Origin: a virus
Length of the DNA: 64,000 nt
Reading direction: 5' to 3' (one strand)
Virus record (IMG/VR): IMGVR_UViG_3300034062_004313
Coordinates: 64,001-128,000 of that record
Below, piece by piece: positions 1 through 10,326 of the stretch (position 1 is its first letter; every line of letters starts with the position of its first letter). Made by a program: the position numbers and the translations under genes. Below the pieces are notes generated by a model that saw only the letters and a list, made by a program, of their open reading frames with translations, had not been told where the DNA came from and ran no database searches.

Positions 1-190
1 CAATTTCTTTTTCATTTTTCCAAGCAGGATGAATATCATTCAAATTACCTTCTAACAATTCATTTCTTTGAGAACGAAGTTCCTGCTGAAACTTTTCAGC
101 CCTACGAGTTTGTGAAATACTTAATTGATTTGCTTTACAGCTAAATACTTTTGTACCGAAATTTTGATAAATTTTTGATGGAATTTGCAT
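1..190 (-). CDS. hypothetical protein, truncated by window start
   Basis: ATG at 190 (MQIPSKIYQNFG...), open to position 1, just downstream of ORF 196..1080. Confidence 0.6.
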   Translation of the reverse strand, partial: MQIPSKIYQNFGTKVFSCKANQLSISQTRRAEKFQQELRSQRNELLEGNLNDIHPAWKNEKEI

Positions 191-195
191 AAAAT

Positions 196-1080
196 TTAAT
201 TTAATTTATTTAAAACTTTGTTAATTGTTTCTAAAGATACACTCCAACGATGACTACTTGTTACATCTTTAGCTCCACATCCTAATACAACATCAGCTTT
301 AGAATGCTCTGCTACAATCTTTGCAGATTTCCAAAAATCATTAAAAAATACATGTCCATCAATAATTGTTGCTCCATTTGCTATGATTATTTCATATTTG
401 CTGTTGTCAAGCATTATCTTGTCATCTTCATAAACAGGTTCGAACCACAAGTCTAACACTCCTGCTTCTGTTAATTTTTCAATGTAATATTCATTAGGAT
501 TATTTATCATTATTTCAGCAAATGATTTGTCCTTATTCCAATTTACATTTACATTTACTATATTTTCACAAGCAATTCTGTATTGAGTCTTAACTAACTT
601 ATAACCAATAATTTTTTTCATGTTTATTTCTTTTAATACGTATTTTTTGAATTGTTCCATTGTGATTTTAACATATTCTTTATCTATATTTTTACTATGA
701 GAATGATATCTTTTATCTGAATCATAAGCATTATCTGGATAAGATATGAAATAATCACTATGGTCTTTTGTCCAATTCTTAATAATTTCTAAATTTTCTT
801 CTGTTTCAGGACATACATACCATTTTTCAGGTAATACATATCCATTTACACATTCATTCCAATGTTCTAATGTGATTATAGTAGGATTATTATTAAATCT
901 CATTATATCATAATCTGAATTAGTACCACCCCATTTAGTATTTCCGTCATATCCATAATAATATAAATAATCACAACCTCTCCAAAGTGAATCATATTCA
1001 TCAGATAACCACTCTATATATTTTTTCCATAAAGGATTTTCTTCATTTTGTTGTATTACAAAGTATTTAGGTAGTTCCAT
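196..1080 (-). CDS. hypothetical protein with repeated LPEKW-type modules
   Basis: 294-aa ORF; modules LPKYF.../LPEKW...ITMEQFKKYVL resemble ORF 2690..3838. Confidence 0.75.
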   Translation of the reverse strand: MELPKYFVIQQNEENPLWKKYIEWLSDEYDSLWRGCDYLYYYGYDGNTKWGGTNSDYDIMRFNNNPTIITLEHWNECVNGYVLPEKWYVCPETEENLEIIKNWTKDHSDYFISYPDNAYDSDKRYHSHSKNIDKEYVKITMEQFKKYVLKEINMKKIIGYKLVKTQYRIACENIVNVNVNWNKDKSFAEIMINNPNEYYIEKLTEAGVLDLWFEPVYEDDKIMLDNSKYEIIIANGATIIDGHVFFNDFWKSAKIVAEHSKADVVLGCGAKDVTSSHRWSVSLETINKVLNKLN

Positions 1081-1357
1081 AATTTAAATTTAATTGTATG
1101 CTTTTAATTTGTTTATTTAACTGAACCATTTTCCATCTACGTACTGATATTTGAAGCTTATTAATATAATTATATAATCCATCAAAATCTTTCGATTGTC
1201 CTACGTAATACCAAGTGTTCTTAATAAGTTTTCTATATGGTTCTTTAATATAATTTGCTAAAGCATATTCCTTTGGTAATGGAAAGGTAGCTCTATAATG
1301 AGATAATTTACCATTATCGTAAAGAATTGTCTGAATACATTTTGTTTGTACTGTCAT
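1067..1357 (-). CDS. hypothetical protein
   Basis: 96-aa ORF overlapping neighbours in the minus-strand array. Confidence 0.6.
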   Translation of the reverse strand: MTVQTKCIQTILYDNGKLSHYRATFPLPKEYALANYIKEPYRKLIKNTWYYVGQSKDFDGLYNYINKLQISVRRWKMVQLNKQIKSIQLNLNYGTT

Positions 1358-1776
1358 AACTTTTTGTGGATTAAAATAATTTCACATTTTTGTTTAAGTT
1401 CTCTTAACAAATCAACTTCCATATCTAATAAAGGAAGTATAGTGTGATTTGTAATATACAAATAGATGTAAATATGCTTGGCTTTTCGAATACGAATGTC
1501 ATATACACCAGATGTTTTTAAATAATCTTTATATTTCTTATTTAAATAATCTTTTATATAGTGATTAAAATACCACTCTTCTTCATTAAACCATTTTAAA
1601 AATTTATCTTTCCATTCTTCAATATATTCTTCATATGTATCACATTTAGACTTTCTAAACATAAATGGTATATAAAAGAATATCATTGAGAATTTTAACG
1701 GTTCGTATTTCTGCTTTATACATAATATAATGTTAAATGTTATGTATAAAATCAATATTATTTTTAAAAATGTCAT
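1354..1776 (-). CDS. hypothetical protein with N-terminal hydrophobic segment
   Basis: 140-aa ORF; ATGA overlap with next gene. Confidence 0.6.
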   Translation of the reverse strand: MTFLKIILILYITFNIILCIKQKYEPLKFSMIFFYIPFMFRKSKCDTYEEYIEEWKDKFLKWFNEEEWYFNHYIKDYLNKKYKDYLKTSGVYDIRIRKAKHIYIYLYITNHTILPLLDMEVDLLRELKQKCEIILIHKKL

Positions 1777-1864
1777 AAAATAGTTTTAGTGGAAATGTAA
1801 AGAGAGTAGGATATTTCACCTACTCTCCAATTTAATTATTTTGAAAGCATAGCTTCCAATTCTT

Positions 1865-2224
1865 TCATAGCCATTCTTTTAATATACTAATACGTTTGTT
1901 AATAAGTTCAATTACTTCATCTTTTGATTCTGCATAATATGGAGCTTTAAACCAAAAAGGTATCTGCGGATTGTCTATATTTCCCTGACTATCACAAACT
2001 TTAAAGTCATTTATTAAATCTTGTATAGTATAATTTTTTTCAAAACCTTCCATCATTTTACAAACTCCAAAATCAGCATTATGAACTCGTAGTATCTCTT
2101 TAATATCAAAAAGATTCTCTTCAAATTTAATAAGTTTTAAAACTTTCAAATACTTATTAATTGTTATTTTAGCAAATTTCTTATACTTCTTTCTTGTGAA
2201 GTATAAATTAATTTTCGAGTACAT
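1865..2224 (-). CDS. hypothetical protein
   Basis: 119-aa ORF; stop/start overlap with 2224..2610. Confidence 0.65.
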   Translation of the reverse strand: MYSKINLYFTRKKYKKFAKITINKYLKVLKLIKFEENLFDIKEILRVHNADFGVCKMMEGFEKNYTIQDLINDFKVCDSQGNIDNPQIPFWFKAPYYAESKDEVIELINKRISILKEWL

Positions 2225-2610
2225 TATATACGAGATTTTAAAGTTAATAATTCTTTTTGAATACGTTTGGTATCAGATTCTGTTAAAGGAATATCATTAC
2301 CTGTAGTTACTGCTGTTAATTTAGCAGTTCCTTTTTCTGTTTTAAATCCAGATTTTAACTGATTTTCTAAACGGTTGATTACTTTAACTCTACGTTGAAT
2401 TGTTCTCTTATCTTTAGGATAGTTAATTACTGCTTGAACCTTAACATCACTCTTAACTCTTTTGCTTTCTTCAAGCTTATTAAGCCAATTAACTGTTTCT
2501 TGCAATCGTGTAGATTGTGCAGATGAACCGCCTGTTTGAGCTTTTCGAGCTTGGTTACGTGTTAAACCACCCCTTGCATCTCTAATTTTTTGCCTATTGC
2601 TATGTGCCAT
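2224..2610 (-). CDS. basic hypothetical protein
   Basis: 128-aa Arg/Lys-rich ORF with A-rich upstream initiation region. Confidence 0.7.
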   Translation of the reverse strand: MAHSNRQKIRDARGGLTRNQARKAQTGGSSAQSTRLQETVNWLNKLEESKRVKSDVKVQAVINYPKDKRTIQRRVKVINRLENQLKSGFKTEKGTAKLTAVTTGNDIPLTESDTKRIQKELLTLKSRI

Positions 2611-2689
2611 TTTATTTGTTTTACGTCCATTGTAATATTACAACTTCTTTCGTTAAAAATGGGTGGAGTATATACTCCACCTTTATCTT

Positions 2690-3838
2690 TCAATATGAAA
2701 TTACTTCTGTTATGTAATCAATATAATTATCAGCACTGAATATTATAAACTTACCCTTTTGTTCAAATGTGCTATAAAGAGAATGTGGTCCATCTTTTTG
2801 AAATCCACCAACATTTATAAAATGTGGAGTTTTAAAGAAAACAATATTAAATTCTTCATTCATATCTATATCCTTTGAAGAATTACAATGTGAACCTGTA
2901 TACTTTATTTTAACTACACTTCCTGTTTTTAATTTATCATAATCAATAATAGATTTATTATATTCTTCAATTTCTTCGGGAGTAGCAAGTCTAAAACAAT
3001 TAGAATAATTGATGTAACCAATTATACAAAAACCATCATTTAACTTTAAATATTTTTCATCTTGTTCTATTTTATACACTTGTCCTACAATAGGTGAACA
3101 CATATTCGGTTTTTTAATGCAATATAGATAATCACCTATTTTAAATTTAAAATTATTTCTCTCTCCAAATATCTCATCTAAAAGAATACATTGGTCTTTA
3201 TTTGCTACTTCATATCCAGCATCAAGTTCTTGTTGAGTGAATGTAATGTTCTGAAATACATCTACTCTACTTAAATATTCTGCTACCTTCTTCTTCCATC
3301 CACAACTATTACTTATACTTGCATGGATACGAATAACATCTTGTATAGGAACTGTTAATTTTTGCATTGTTTCTTTTTTTAATGTTAAATATTTATTTCT
3401 GAATTGTTTTATTGAAATTTCTTTATATCCCGGTTGTATTTTATTGTAACAATAATCTTCTGTATGACTAACAGGGGGAAAATGAGCATATAAACCTAAA
3501 TCTTCATTCCAATTTCCACTATTATTTCCTATTAATTCTATTATGTAATCTGCTACTTCTTGAAGATGTATAACACACAATTTTTCAGGAAATACTTCTA
3601 TACCACAATATTCAAGGAATATATCTTTATCCCATGTTTCAAATATAGTTCTATTATAATCTGATTTCATATAAGTAAATGATAATAATTTATCACGTTC
3701 ATTATAATTATTTACTAAATACTCCCGATTTGTTTTATTTATATCTTTATATTCTTCTTCAAATCCATTTTCAAGAAGAACATCTCTAATTTCATTATAT
3801 TGCTCCTTAGAGCATTTCATAGCGATTGGTTTTATCAT
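2690..3838 (-). CDS. modular hypothetical protein
   Basis: 382-aa ORF; FPEKL...ISIKQFRNKYL module and FRLATPEEI motif. Confidence 0.8.
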   Translation of the reverse strand: MIKPIAMKCSKEQYNEIRDVLLENGFEEEYKDINKTNREYLVNNYNERDKLLSFTYMKSDYNRTIFETWDKDIFLEYCGIEVFPEKLCVIHLQEVADYIIELIGNNSGNWNEDLGLYAHFPPVSHTEDYCYNKIQPGYKEISIKQFRNKYLTLKKETMQKLTVPIQDVIRIHASISNSCGWKKKVAEYLSRVDVFQNITFTQQELDAGYEVANKDQCILLDEIFGERNNFKFKIGDYLYCIKKPNMCSPIVGQVYKIEQDEKYLKLNDGFCIIGYINYSNCFRLATPEEIEEYNKSIIDYDKLKTGSVVKIKYTGSHCNSSKDIDMNEEFNIVFFKTPHFINVGGFQKDGPHSLYSTFEQKGKFIIFSADNYIDYITEVISY

Positions 3839-4110
3839 CTTATTTGTACTTTTGGTATGTCATTAATATCTTTACAAATTATAGGCTCTGCAAATTCTCT
3901 TTTAATTTGATAACCTATTTCTCTGAAAAGTGGTATAAATTCTGTCATAGCACATGTTGTTGCCATTTCTAAAGAATTATACCCTAATGTTCTATGACCT
4001 GCATTGTAATAGTAATCACTAAAATTTAAATCAGCAATATCTAAAAGATATACAATAGGGTGATATGTTTTTCTATCTTCAAGATATATTATTTTAAATA
4101 ATGCTTTCAT
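3835..4110 (-). CDS. hypothetical protein
   Basis: 91-aa ORF with ATGA overlaps on both sides. Confidence 0.65.
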   Translation of the reverse strand: MKALFKIIYLEDRKTYHPIVYLLDIADLNFSDYYYNAGHRTLGYNSLEMATTCAMTEFIPLFREIGYQIKREFAEPIICKDINDIPKVQIR

Positions 4111-4454
4111 AATTGTTTTGTGTTTTCTATTTCAAATACGGATTCAAGAAACCATTCTTTATTAAGACTATCGGGAAGTGTTATTATATATCCCTTTTCA
4201 ACATCTTCTGATTCTTCTGGTTCTTTATAGAACATTGTGAATTCAATTTCACATGGGTCATCACCATTATCAAGAAGATTTAAGAAGTCTACTATACGTT
4301 CTTCAGGAATAAATACTTTCTTTCTTAATGATAAGAGTAATTCATCTACAGTTGGACCCACTTTATCATATTTCTTAGATTTTTCCCAATCTTTTTTAAT
4401 CTTTTTTGGATTAGTTTCATCTAAGTATTTCTCTAATTCTTCAAACATGTTCAT
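4107..4454 (-). CDS. hypothetical protein
   Basis: 115-aa acidic ORF in tightly packed array. Confidence 0.65.
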   Translation of the reverse strand: MNMFEELEKYLDETNPKKIKKDWEKSKKYDKVGPTVDELLLSLRKKVFIPEERIVDFLNLLDNGDDPCEIEFTMFYKEPEESEDVEKGYIITLPDSLNKEWFLESVFEIENTKQL

Positions 4455-4656
4455 TTAAATCAAGTTTAACTTTTTCCATTAGTAATATGATTTCTTTCAT
4501 TTCATCTATTGTAATATCAAAGAAATTTTCATCTTCATAATTAAATATAACTCCAATTGGAGTTTTCTCTATATCTCCTAATATTACATCTTTAGATTTA
4601 GAATAAACATAATAACGCTCAAGAAAGTCATTATAATAAAAAGGTTTTAATTCCAT
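4441..4656 (-). CDS. hypothetical protein
   Basis: 71-aa ORF in array. Confidence 0.6.
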   Translation of the reverse strand: MELKPFYYNDFLERYYVYSKSKDVILGDIEKTPIGVIFNYEDENFFDITIDEMKEIILLMEKVKLDLNEHV

Positions 4657-4668
4657 AATAATATTGTT

Positions 4669-4953
4669 TCATAATGGTAAAACTTTAATTTTATCCCATT
4701 CATCAATGATAACTGGTCTTAGTAAAGGGTGCAATGCTCTCATATATTTTAAATGAGGAGGTGTTATTAATTCTTCTGGAGTTGGTTGAGTTTCCCACCT
4801 TTTAATTTCTTCTAAAGAAGCAGGTGTTATGTTCTCTTTTACCATACGTTTAAGTGTATGATATCCAGTACATTGTTTATCTTCTGATAAACGAGGTTCG
4901 TAAAGCCCATCACAATATTTGTGACAGAATTCATTAAATGTTTTCGGTTTCAT
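4669..4953 (-). CDS. hypothetical protein
   Basis: 94-aa ORF in array. Confidence 0.6.
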   Translation of the reverse strand: MKPKTFNEFCHKYCDGLYEPRLSEDKQCTGYHTLKRMVKENITPASLEEIKRWETQPTPEELITPPHLKYMRALHPLLRPVIIDEWDKIKVLPL

Positions 4954-5239
4954 TGTAATGTTTTGAGATTTTTAATACATTTATGAAACATTCCATAGCT
5001 TCTATGTTATTTTGATTAAAATTTTCATAGGATTTAATAACTTGTTGTTTGTCATTTATTAAAACCAAGTCACTAATATTTTCCCCTTTAACTACAAAAA
5101 CCATGTGATTTTCAAGCTTTGGTAAATTAACTTTTTGTTGATTCTCCAAAATCATTTTGAAATAAGGGTCAACATACCACATAGTCACTCCATTATTAAA
5201 ATCTGGTTTTGTATTTTCGAAATCTATAAGTTTCCACAT
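4934..5239 (-). CDS. hypothetical protein
   Basis: 101-aa ORF in array. Confidence 0.65.
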   Translation of the reverse strand: MWKLIDFENTKPDFNNGVTMWYVDPYFKMILENQQKVNLPKLENHMVFVVKGENISDLVLINDKQQVIKSYENFNQNNIEAMECFINVLKISKHYNETENI

Positions 5240-5415
5240 AACGTAGTTTTATGAAAGAACAGGTACTAAGTCATAAGACTGTTCCCCGTTCCACCAATGA
5301 TTTAAAATAATATTAATAATACGGTTATCATACCTATTAAAACCTTTACAACATCTTGTTCTGTAAAGACTTTTAATAATTTTCCTGTCGGTGATACAAA
5401 ATAGGTCATAAATAA

Positions 5416-5727
5416 TTATTTATAAATAAATAAAAACATCCATGCTCCTAATAGTAATAACCAAGGAGATAATATAGTTATAATTGATTTTTCATACTTA
5501 TTTCTATATTCATCTTTAATATCAGTAATATAACTATGTACAAAACAATGTACAAAAAACGCTATACCAGTATATTGATACCAAGTTAATTTTGGAAAAT
5601 CAGGAAATATTGGTAATATATACCAATCTGCAATAATAGTTGTTACATAACCCCATGAAAATGCTCCGTATATTACAAATACGAAAACAATAAAAGCTGC
5701 CGCTATAAATTTTAATAAGTCTTTCAT
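5416..5727 (-). CDS. membrane protein
   Basis: about three hydrophobic segments; ATG at 5727 (MKDLLKF) after an AT-rich initiation region preferred over GTG at 5772. Confidence 0.7.
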   Translation of the reverse strand: MKDLLKFIAAAFIVFVFVIYGAFSWGYVTTIIADWYILPIFPDFPKLTWYQYTGIAFFVHCFVHSYITDIKDEYRNKYEKSIITILSPWLLLLGAWMFLFIYK

Positions 5728-5784
5728 AAAAATTAATTGAAGGTGGAAAATATGCCACGTTTTTAGTACCACAAAACAGTGCTT

Positions 5785-5820
5785 AAAAGTGTAACCTTTT
5801 GGTGGGTTGGTTACTACCCC
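5785..5820 (-). repeat. pseudoknot-like RNA motif, copy 1
   Basis: minus strand GGGGTAGTAACCAACCCACCAAAAGGTTACACTTTT; second copy at 16394..16429 with compensatory changes. Confidence 0.55.
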
Positions 5821-5832
5821 AAGAATTAATAG

Positions 5833-5904
5833 CTATTTCTTTTTTAAAGCATTTTTAATTTGCTCTAAAGTATAGCATCTTATACCATTAATCCAGAAAT
5901 ACAT
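5833..5904 (-). CDS. 23-aa small ORF (MYFWINGIRCYTLEQIKNALKKK)
   Basis: translated by hand; A-rich upstream region. Confidence 0.45.
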   Translation of the reverse strand: MYFWINGIRCYTLEQIKNALKKK

Positions 5905-6252
5905 ATGTTTTATTTTATTGTACCCAAACGGAAGTCATATTTGGCTCAATATCACAAGCAAGCTTTCTGAAATATTCAAGATTAAACTTACCATTAGGAT
6001 AAGTGTTCTTTGCAGTTTGTTGCACTTGCACTTTTCGTAGAAGGGAATGCTTATTATTAGCATTGCCATAGATAAATAGTGTTACCATAACATTTGTTTT
6101 ATTGATGAAAAATTATTTAAATAACCAAATAAAAGGAATATGACGCAAATTATACACACTAAAAGAATCAGATTTTCTAGCTTTCCAAATATATCCTATA
6201 ATATCTATAACTGTTAAAAGGATAATAATTAAACCAATTGATATGTTCATAA

Positions 6253-6453
6253 TTATTTAATTAAAATAGGACACCACATGGGAATTTGAATTTTACTTTC
6301 TTCATGCCACTCTACAGCACCTTGTATTTTTTTATTTTCTTTGGTACATATCCAATCATCCATTCTATCCCAACCATCTGTACTATATCGATTAGCTGTT
6401 TCAAAATATGGACATTGTTTGCATGATTTAACTTCTATTGATATTTTAGCCAT
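6253..6453 (-). CDS. small Cys-rich hypothetical protein
   Basis: CxxCPYF...WIC...IPxWCP pattern. Confidence 0.7.
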   Translation of the reverse strand: MAKISIEVKSCKQCPYFETANRYSTDGWDRMDDWICTKENKKIQGAVEWHEESKIQIPMWCPILIK

Positions 6454-6463
6454 AAAATTGATT

Positions 6464-6928
6464 TTATTGATTAATTAATTTATGGTCTTCATAATAACCA
6501 TTACCACTAAGTATTCTTTCGAAGAGTTCTTTATTAGGTTCTGGTAGTTGTATAAGGGTGATATATTCTTCAGTACCTTCAGGTTTTGTTTTAATCTCCA
6601 TATTTGAGAGTACACTCTTGTATTCCCAAATTAATGCTTCAATAGGACTTAGATTTTCAGGTTTACCTATTTGCCATACAATTTCTCTATGAAGATTTTC
6701 CATGAAATGTTGTAATCTATCAGGTAGACATATATTCATAATTTCGAACATGTCATTAGCAACATAGATTAATGTATCATTGGTTGCTAATTCATAATCC
6801 CATCCACAACGTATAGCCCATATTCTTTTTAAACCTTCAAAGAAATTTACATCATTAGGTCTTTTATACCATCCCTTACAGTACAGAACTATATGTCCTT
6901 GTATTGGTTCCAATAATATTGGTTTCAT
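6464..6928 (-). CDS. hypothetical protein
   Basis: 154-aa ORF. Confidence 0.7.
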   Translation of the reverse strand: MKPILLEPIQGHIVLYCKGWYKRPNDVNFFEGLKRIWAIRCGWDYELATNDTLIYVANDMFEIMNICLPDRLQHFMENLHREIVWQIGKPENLSPIEALIWEYKSVLSNMEIKTKPEGTEEYITLIQLPEPNKELFERILSGNGYYEDHKLINQ

Positions 6929-6936
6929 AAAAATTT

Positions 6937-7305
6937 TTAAAGATTTTGCTCAATCCAATTCTCTCTTACTGTATAATGACAATCGGGTTTACTTTGTCCA
7001 TGTATCCATGCCTGTGTCATAAGATTATGTACTTCTTTTTTAGTATACATTTTATCAGAAGATTTATTCAATTCTTCAACAATATGTTCCTTAGCTTTAT
7101 TAAGATAATATGCTCTTTCATGATATTCAAATATACCATCATCCTTTGGATAAGCAGCATAAACAGTATTACCAAAACATTCTGCTCTAAAGTAACCATG
7201 TCTAAGTCTTAAATAACCAACTTCCATATCATTAAGAAATACATCGTATTGTTCAGGACAGGCTCCACATGTTTGAACTAGTTCTAATTCATTTGTTGTT
7301 ATCAT
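6937..7305 (-). CDS. hypothetical phage protein
   Basis: TCGACPEQYD...VGYLRLRHG motif; C-terminal module shared with 7315..8022. Confidence 0.75.
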   Translation of the reverse strand: MITTNELELVQTCGACPEQYDVFLNDMEVGYLRLRHGYFRAECFGNTVYAAYPKDDGIFEYHERAYYLNKAKEHIVEELNKSSDKMYTKKEVHNLMTQAWIHGQSKPDCHYTVRENWIEQNL

Positions 7306-7314
7306 AAAATTGTT

Positions 7315-8022
7315 TTAAAGATTCTCTTTACAAAACTCAATTACTTCATATTCAGGAGTATATCCTTTCGATTGCATAGCATTACGAATAAGATTTATTA
7401 CTTCTTCTCTTGTCCAACTATCTTTAATTGGTCTTATAGTAATGGTATTATCCTTAGCTACTTTAAGTATGTGATAAATATCTTTATGCGCCCAATATCT
7501 TATCCATATTTTACCTATAGGTGGAGTTATATCAAAATTTCTTTCTCCTGTTTGTTCACAATACCAATGCTCTTCAAAAGTTTTTTCTTCATATTCAACC
7601 ATCACTTCTTTTATTATATTACTTTTATTATATTCAGTAATATATTTTTCAATGAATGATTTAGATGGTTGTGGTAAATGGTCATAATGTGGACTATTCA
7701 TTTGCATTGGATGAATATTCAGAATATCTGTTGTAGCTATTACTTTTTTAGCTAATCCACTTAATCTTCTTGATTCTGATATTCTGTTGTTAGAATTAAA
7801 TAGTTCAAAAGAACCATCTGTCCAACACATAATATAAGGTAATATTTCACCATCTTTTATTGGTTCATCACTAAGGAAATAAAGATGTTGATGAGTCCAT
7901 GAACCATCAGGAACTTTTTCTTTCCAAATAGGTCGGTCTCCTATATAAAACAGCCTCGAACCTTTTGCAATAACTCCTTCTTTTTCTGTAGGTAAAAGAA
8001 TAACCTTTGTTTGTTTTAACAT
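7315..8022 (-). CDS. hypothetical phage protein
   Basis: 235-aa ORF; QHLYFLSDE...KVIATTD...WTREEV motifs. Confidence 0.75.
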   Translation of the reverse strand: MLKQTKVILLPTEKEGVIAKGSRLFYIGDRPIWKEKVPDGSWTHQHLYFLSDEPIKDGEILPYIMCWTDGSFELFNSNNRISESRRLSGLAKKVIATTDILNIHPMQMNSPHYDHLPQPSKSFIEKYITEYNKSNIIKEVMVEYEEKTFEEHWYCEQTGERNFDITPPIGKIWIRYWAHKDIYHILKVAKDNTITIRPIKDSWTREEVINLIRNAMQSKGYTPEYEVIEFCKENL

Positions 8023-8049
8023 AACATAGTTTTTAGTTTTAACAATATT

Positions 8050-8520
8050 GAAGATTTATCAAATCTCCTGCACAATGTTGTCAGAGGTGAATCCTTGATG
8101 TAAAAGGAGAACTGCTACTTAAAGCTTCATTCACAATTACCACATAACAACTACTTATTTATATTGCTACAAATAAGGCATATTTCTTATAGCTGATTAG
8201 ATTTATCATTATTCATGGCCACATGGGTAGCGTGGTAGGTAGGTATCCCTGTATTCAGTCAGATATTATTCCCCCTTGTTGTCTAATACTTCATATCGCG
8301 TTTAGCTTATGCTGCCACTCTAAACTTTCGTTTAGCCCTTTCGGGACATTCTGTACTTAGATTATATACTCCAATCATCCTCCGGTCCTAACAGTTATAT
8401 CTAGTATAACATACATTAGCGGGATAGTATTTTCCAGAATGCTTTATATTCTCTACCAAATAACTTGCAAGATAGAACTACGAATTTGCAACTTCTGTTA
8501 TTTGTATTTATTTGGTATGA
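8050..8520 (-). ncRNA. candidate large structured non-coding RNA
   Basis: ORF-free, relatively GC-rich gap; adjacent GAAA tetraloop hairpins on the minus strand at 8320-8345; stems 8347-53/8435-41 and 8454-63/8508-17. Confidence 0.5.
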
Positions 8521-8775
8521 ATTAATTAATTAAATGAGGACCATCTGTTATAGTTCTGGTTCCTCCTTCTGATATCATACTTATAGCCTCCCTTAAACTT
8601 TGGGCTATAACTGTACAAGTGATTTGTTCACCATTTGTACTAATAACTTGCGCTGTGTATTTCATAAAATAGATTAAAAAGATAGAAGGTGCTCACTCAT
8701 TGAGCTTTCCCTTCCACCAAATTATTTAATTATTCCAATGTGATATTTACAACAAAAATATAAAAAGATTTATCA

Positions 8776-8994
8776 TTAGTAATCATTTGCAGACCAAGCA
8801 TAATCAGACCATTCGTCTCCGCTTGTTCCTTGTGGTTTTAATGAAGGAGATTCGATGTTTGTTTTTCTTTTCTTAACTTGTACTTTATACTTACTTGCTT
8901 CCTTGCTATGACAAATCATAAATTTACCATTATTCTTATCAGCAAAATTTCTTGCTTTTTGTTCATTATGAAATCTGATTGTTACTGTTCCCAT
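8776..8994 (-). CDS. hypothetical protein
   Basis: ORF from ATG (MGTVTIRF). Confidence 0.55.
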   Translation of the reverse strand: MGTVTIRFHNEQKARNFADKNNGKFMICHSKEASKYKVQVKKRKTNIESPSLKPQGTSGDEWSDYAWSANDY

Positions 8995-9050
8995 ATTATA
9001 AATGTTTAAGAACAAGTACTAAGTATTACTACCGTTCCCTGTTCTACCAA

Positions 9051-9287
9051 TTATTTACATCCAAAATCTTCTGCATCATATTCAGCTTCTAAATCATCCA
9101 TATCATCATTAAACAAATTAGCCATATCTCCAGCTAATTCAATATTATGTGAGCATGATTTAGGAAGTCTTTTTGTTTGAAGAATAATCATTTTGAGCGT
9201 ATTTCTTAAATGTTCTATAGACATTTCATCTATGTCAATAGATTTACCATTTTTCATTGTCCAATATACTGTCATAATGTTACCCAT
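9051..9287 (-). CDS. hypothetical protein
   Basis: WTMKNG..I.IDEMS.EHLRNTL motif. Confidence 0.65.
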   Translation of the reverse strand: MGNIMTVYWTMKNGKSIDIDEMSIEHLRNTLKMIILQTKRLPKSCSHNIELAGDMANLFNDDMDDLEAEYDAEDFGCK

Positions 9288-9712
9288 TTATGTTGTTCAT
9301 TCTCATATTCTTTAATCTCACTTATCCATTCACCATATACAGTATCAGGTTCCCAAACCACTTTATCACCCAATAATTCTTTTAACCATACCATAGGTAC
9401 AGCTACAGAGATTTGGTCTAATGCTATCTCATATATATCCACATTAAACACTTTATTAACAGCAGTGGAGTTTGAACTCCATTCACCACCATGACCCGGA
9501 CGATGTTTTACATTATGTGTAAGAAAACCAAATGTATGAACTGGTATTCCTTCAGGATGTTCATATTTTGTTAATCTATAAATACCACCATCTTCATCTT
9601 TAGTAATAGTTTCTTTATTATCCAACCATTTAGGATTTAAAGAATTATTACCATCACCAGAATACAAATATATATTCCAATGTTGATTAAAATAACAGAA
9701 TTTTATTTGCAT
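9272..9712 (-). CDS. hypothetical protein
   Basis: 146-aa ORF. Confidence 0.7.
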   Translation of the reverse strand: MQIKFCYFNQHWNIYLYSGDGNNSLNPKWLDNKETITKDEDGGIYRLTKYEHPEGIPVHTFGFLTHNVKHRPGHGGEWSSNSTAVNKVFNVDIYEIALDQISVAVPMVWLKELLGDKVVWEPDTVYGEWISEIKEYENEQHKWVTL

Positions 9713-9725
9713 ATGAATTATTTAA

Positions 9726-9962
9726 TTATTCTAAAATATTTTTCCAACAAGTTTCTCTCCAATCAGGCCAAGTTTCTTCACATTCAGGTTGATGGTCTTC
9801 TAATGTAGAACCAAAAAAACCATTTTTCCAAGCATTGCTGACTAATTTATCAGCTTCACTTTGTTTTTGAACGTGATAAACTTGCCATACCAGTCCACCT
9901 TCATGATTTCGTATCATTAAGGTTTTTGGATAAATGTTATCATTTGTTATGTCTGTGTACAT
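9726..9962 (-). CDS. hypothetical protein
   Basis: 78-aa ORF in array. Confidence 0.65.
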   Translation of the reverse strand: MYTDITNDNIYPKTLMIRNHEGGLVWQVYHVQKQSEADKLVSNAWKNGFFGSTLEDHQPECEETWPDWRETCWKNILE

Positions 9963-9972
9963 AAAATAAGTT

Positions 9973-10326
9973 TTAAAGTGATTGTGATTTTTTCTTGTAA
10001 CATTTCATAGCATAGTTATAAAACTCAATATCCGAATCAGCAACAACTAAACCACAAAATCTTCTACCATTACTCCATCTAAAGAATGTGCAGGGTTTAT
10101 CAAAGCATATACATGAATATATACCATCTCCTAATTTATCAGATAACCAACGTTCATCTATTTCTTCAGGGGTTAATTCTGATTTCAATAAAGAAAATAT
10201 GTCATATCCATTCTTTTCTTCTAATTCACCATGAAGATAACACCATGATGCTCTTACAACATCTTCGTATTTAGCACCACGATATTCACCATCAATATTT
10301 TCTGGTATTATTGTTAATGTTCTCAT
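9973..10326 (-). CDS. hypothetical protein
   Basis: 117-aa ORF with ATGA overlap. Confidence 0.65.
   Translation of the reverse strand: MRTLTIIPENIDGEYRGAKYEDVVRASWCYLHGELEEKNGYDIFSLLKSELTPEEIDERWLSDKLGDGIYSCICFDKPCTFFRWSNGRRFCGLVVADSDIEFYNYAMKCYKKKSQSL

Noticed and set aside
5773-5835. TAG readthrough fusing the 23-aa ORF to the in-frame membrane protein through the pseudoknot motif
   Set aside because: The frame is open here, but at the second copy an in-frame TAA follows after two codons, so readthrough cannot be the shared function.
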